This document shows, piece by piece, positions 62,224 to 64,000 of a stretch of 64,000 nt of DNA. Below the pieces are notes generated by a model that worked only from the letters and a program-made list of their open reading frames with translations, made no database searches and was not told the origin of the DNA. Numbering within the stretch: the first letter of the stretch is position 1; each line of letters starts with the position of its first letter. The DNA is from Gammaproteobacteria bacterium (GTDB taxonomy: Bacteria; Pseudomonadota; Gammaproteobacteria; SZUA-229): NCBI GenBank assembly GCA_030595325.1, contig JAUVDN010000002.1, positions 705 through 64,704 of the forward strand, written 5' to 3'. The position numbers and the translations under genes are program-made.

Positions 62224-63336
62224 ATGACAAAAGCGATGAATAATCACGTCGAATTTATGCAGTGTGCGATTAGGCTGGCTAAGAAAGGTTTATATAGCAC
62301 TGATCCAAACCCCTGTGTTGGTTGCGTTATCGTTAAGAACGGTGAAATTGTTGGCGAAGGCTGGCACCAGCAAGCCGGTGAAGGTCATGCCGAAGTTAAT
62401 GCGCTAAAGCAGGCCGGTAGTAATGCCGAAGGCGCGACGGTATATGTCACACTGGAGCCGTGTAGTCATACCGGAAAAACACCGCCGTGCGCAGATGCGC
62501 TAATAGCGGCTGGTGTAAAAAAAGTTTTTATAGCGATGATGGATCCTAACCCACTGGTTGCTGGCAGTGGCTTGAAAAAGCTACAGGATGCCCATATAGA
62601 AACCGACAGTGGATTGCTTGAAATTCAGGCGCGAGAATTAAATCCGGGTTTTGTGAAACGGATGGAATCTGGGCGACCTTACGTACGTGTTAAAATGGCA
62701 ATGAGCCTGGATGGCCGCACCGCGATGGCATCAGGTGAAAGTCAATGGATTAGCAGCGATGCCTCGCGACAAGATGTGCAGCGAATGCGAGCTCAAAGCT
62801 CAGCGATTTTGACCGGGATAGACACGGTACTGGCAGATGACCCGTCGATGAATGTTAGATTGACCGCTGAAGAGCTGGGTATTGAGTCAATTACTAAACT
62901 AGTCAGGCAGCCAAAACGTATCGTGCTTGATAGTCAGTTAAGGATGCCTGCTGCAGCAAAGATATTCTCAGTTGATGGTGACTGCATTGTATATACCACG
63001 GTAAATGTGGATAACAAAGATAGTCGCCCGTATACAATTGAAAGTATTGCATCAGCAGATGGACATGTGGATCTTCATGCGTTGATGAAGGATTTGGCAG
63101 ATAAAGAAATTAATCTGCTTCATGTGGAAGCAGGTTCGGTCTTATGTGGTGCTCTTTTAAAAAATGACCTCATTGATGAAATCATTATCTACATGGCGCC
63201 ACATATTATGGGTGATAATGCGAAAGGATTGTTCCACTTGCCCGGATTGGAAAAGATGAAGGATAGGGTTTCGCTTAACATCAAAGATGTGCGATCTATC
63301 GGTAAAGATCTTCGAATCTCTGCGCTTTTAGAGTAG
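62224..63336 (+). CDS. ribD: Bifunctional riboflavin biosynthesis protein RibD (deaminase/reductase)
   Basis: A CMP/dCMP deaminase zinc motif (HAEVNAL...PCSHTGKTPPC) plus a C-terminal reductase domain. It follows glyA-nrdR, as in many proteobacteria. Confidence 0.9.
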   Translation: MTKAMNNHVEFMQCAIRLAKKGLYSTDPNPCVGCVIVKNGEIVGEGWHQQAGEGHAEVNALKQAGSNAEGATVYVTLEPCSHTGKTPPCADALIAAGVKKVFIAMMDPNPLVAGSGLKKLQDAHIETDSGLLEIQARELNPGFVKRMESGRPYVRVKMAMSLDGRTAMASGESQWISSDASRQDVQRMRAQSSAILTGIDTVLADDPSMNVRLTAEELGIESITKLVRQPKRIVLDSQLRMPAAAKIFSVDGDCIVYTTVNVDNKDSRPYTIESIASADGHVDLHALMKDLADKEINLLHVEAGSVLCGALLKNDLIDEIIIYMAPHIMGDNAKGLFHLPGLEKMKDRVSLNIKDVRSIGKDLRISALLE

Positions 63337-63344
63337 ATTAATTA

Positions 63345-63435
63345 AAGCAGATTAATTAAAGCGGATTAATTAGAGCAGTGTAAATAGAACAGAGCAAACA
63401 GAACAGAGCAAACAGAACAGAGAAAACAGAACGAT
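63345..63435. repeat. Two adjacent short tandem repeat blocks: (GATTAATTAAAGCR) x3 then (AACAGAGCAAACAG)-like x3.5
   Basis: Direct reading of the ribD downstream region. Confidence 0.75.
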
Positions 63436-63482
63436 ATGTGACTTGAAGCAAAAGTCACATTATTGAAATCAAGAGGTTATTA

Positions 63483-64000
63483 ATGTCTACGGTTGTTGTT
63501 GTAAAAAAATCTGGCAAGGTTTGTATCGCTGCAGATAGTCTAACTAGTTTTGGCGATTTAAAGTTGAGTTCTTCTTATGATGCTGCTCACGATAAAATTC
63601 TGTGTCATGATGAGAATCATCTTGGTATCGTCGGTAGTGCTGCGCATCAGCTGGTGATGGAAAGTGTTTTCTCCAGTAAGAAAATTATCGATAAAAAAGT
63701 TGAAATAGATTTTTCATCGCGTCTGTCTATCTTTGAAACCTTTAGAGCGTTACACCCTATACTGAAAGAAAAATATTTTTTGAATGCCAAAGATGAGGAT
63801 GATGATCCTTACGAGTCAACACAAATAGATGCGTTGATTGCGAACCCCTTTGGTATTTTTGGCGTGCACTCTTTACGAGAAGTCACCGAGTATAAAAAGT
63901 TCTGGGCTATCGGTTCCGGCACAGAGTATGCACTGGGTGCTATGTTTGCAGTTTATGATAAGGCTACGGCAAAAGAGATTGCACATGCAGGTGTTGCAGC
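63483..64000 (+). CDS. HslV/proteasome-beta-like Ntn-hydrolase homolog, partial (runs off the window end)
   Basis: MSTVVVVKKSGKVCIAADSLTSFGD...WAIGSGTEYALGAMFAVYD parallels E. coli HslV ([25 protein letters not shown]...IAIGSGGPYAQAAARALL). An RBS (AGAGG) lies 8 nt upstream. It is not in the ORF track because there is no stop within the window. Confidence 0.55.
   Translation, partial: MSTVVVVKKSGKVCIAADSLTSFGDLKLSSSYDAAHDKILCHDENHLGIVGSAAHQLVMESVFSSKKIIDKKVEIDFSSRLSIFETFRALHPILKEKYFLNAKDEDDDPYESTQIDALIANPFGIFGVHSLREVTEYKKFWAIGSGTEYALGAMFAVYDKATAKEIAHAGVA

Overview
This is a 64 kb chromosomal segment of an AT-rich gammaproteobacterium. Orthologs of E. coli YffB, DapD, YciB, YciO, RluB, MnmC, CysZ, SlyX, ZipA, LigA, PdxJ, CysM, RlmD, RluC, Rne, GlyA, NrdR and RibD are recognisable by direct sequence comparison. 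The SMC-ScpA-ScpB chromosome-condensation set is also present. The window opens inside an accessory, probably mobile, region. A partial serine recombinase on the minus strand (N-terminal catalytic domain at 521..1, reading off the edge) is immediately followed on the plus strand by a tight four-gene cassette: a MoxR-family AAA+ ATPase, a zincin-like (HEALH) peptidase fused to a VWA domain with a DxSGS MIDAS motif, and two alpha-helical proteins of unknown function (374 aa and 179 aa). The cassette ends 11 bp from the stop codon of the core gene yffB. This is the best candidate for an undescribed NTP-dependent conflict or defence system. The rest of the window is core housekeeping (dapD/dapC, tRNA-Leu(CAA), trpS, scpAB, smc-zipA-ligA, rne, glyA-nrdR-ribD) interleaved with a dense set of signal-transduction genes. 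These comprise a 1193-aa GAF-PAS-GGDEF-EAL protein overlapping a di-haem cytochrome c peroxidase gene by 4 bp; a CHASE2 adenylate cyclase; a TonB-dependent receptor, periplasmic binding protein and hybrid histidine kinase operon; and a CHASE2 Ser/Thr kinase, PP2C phosphatase and dual-FHA protein operon. There are also several short tandem repeats and a dispersed palindromic 'AATGAATAATGAATA' element. At the 3' edge, where ribE would be expected after ribD, a partial ORF with clear HslV/proteasome-beta (Ntn-hydrolase) similarity starts instead.
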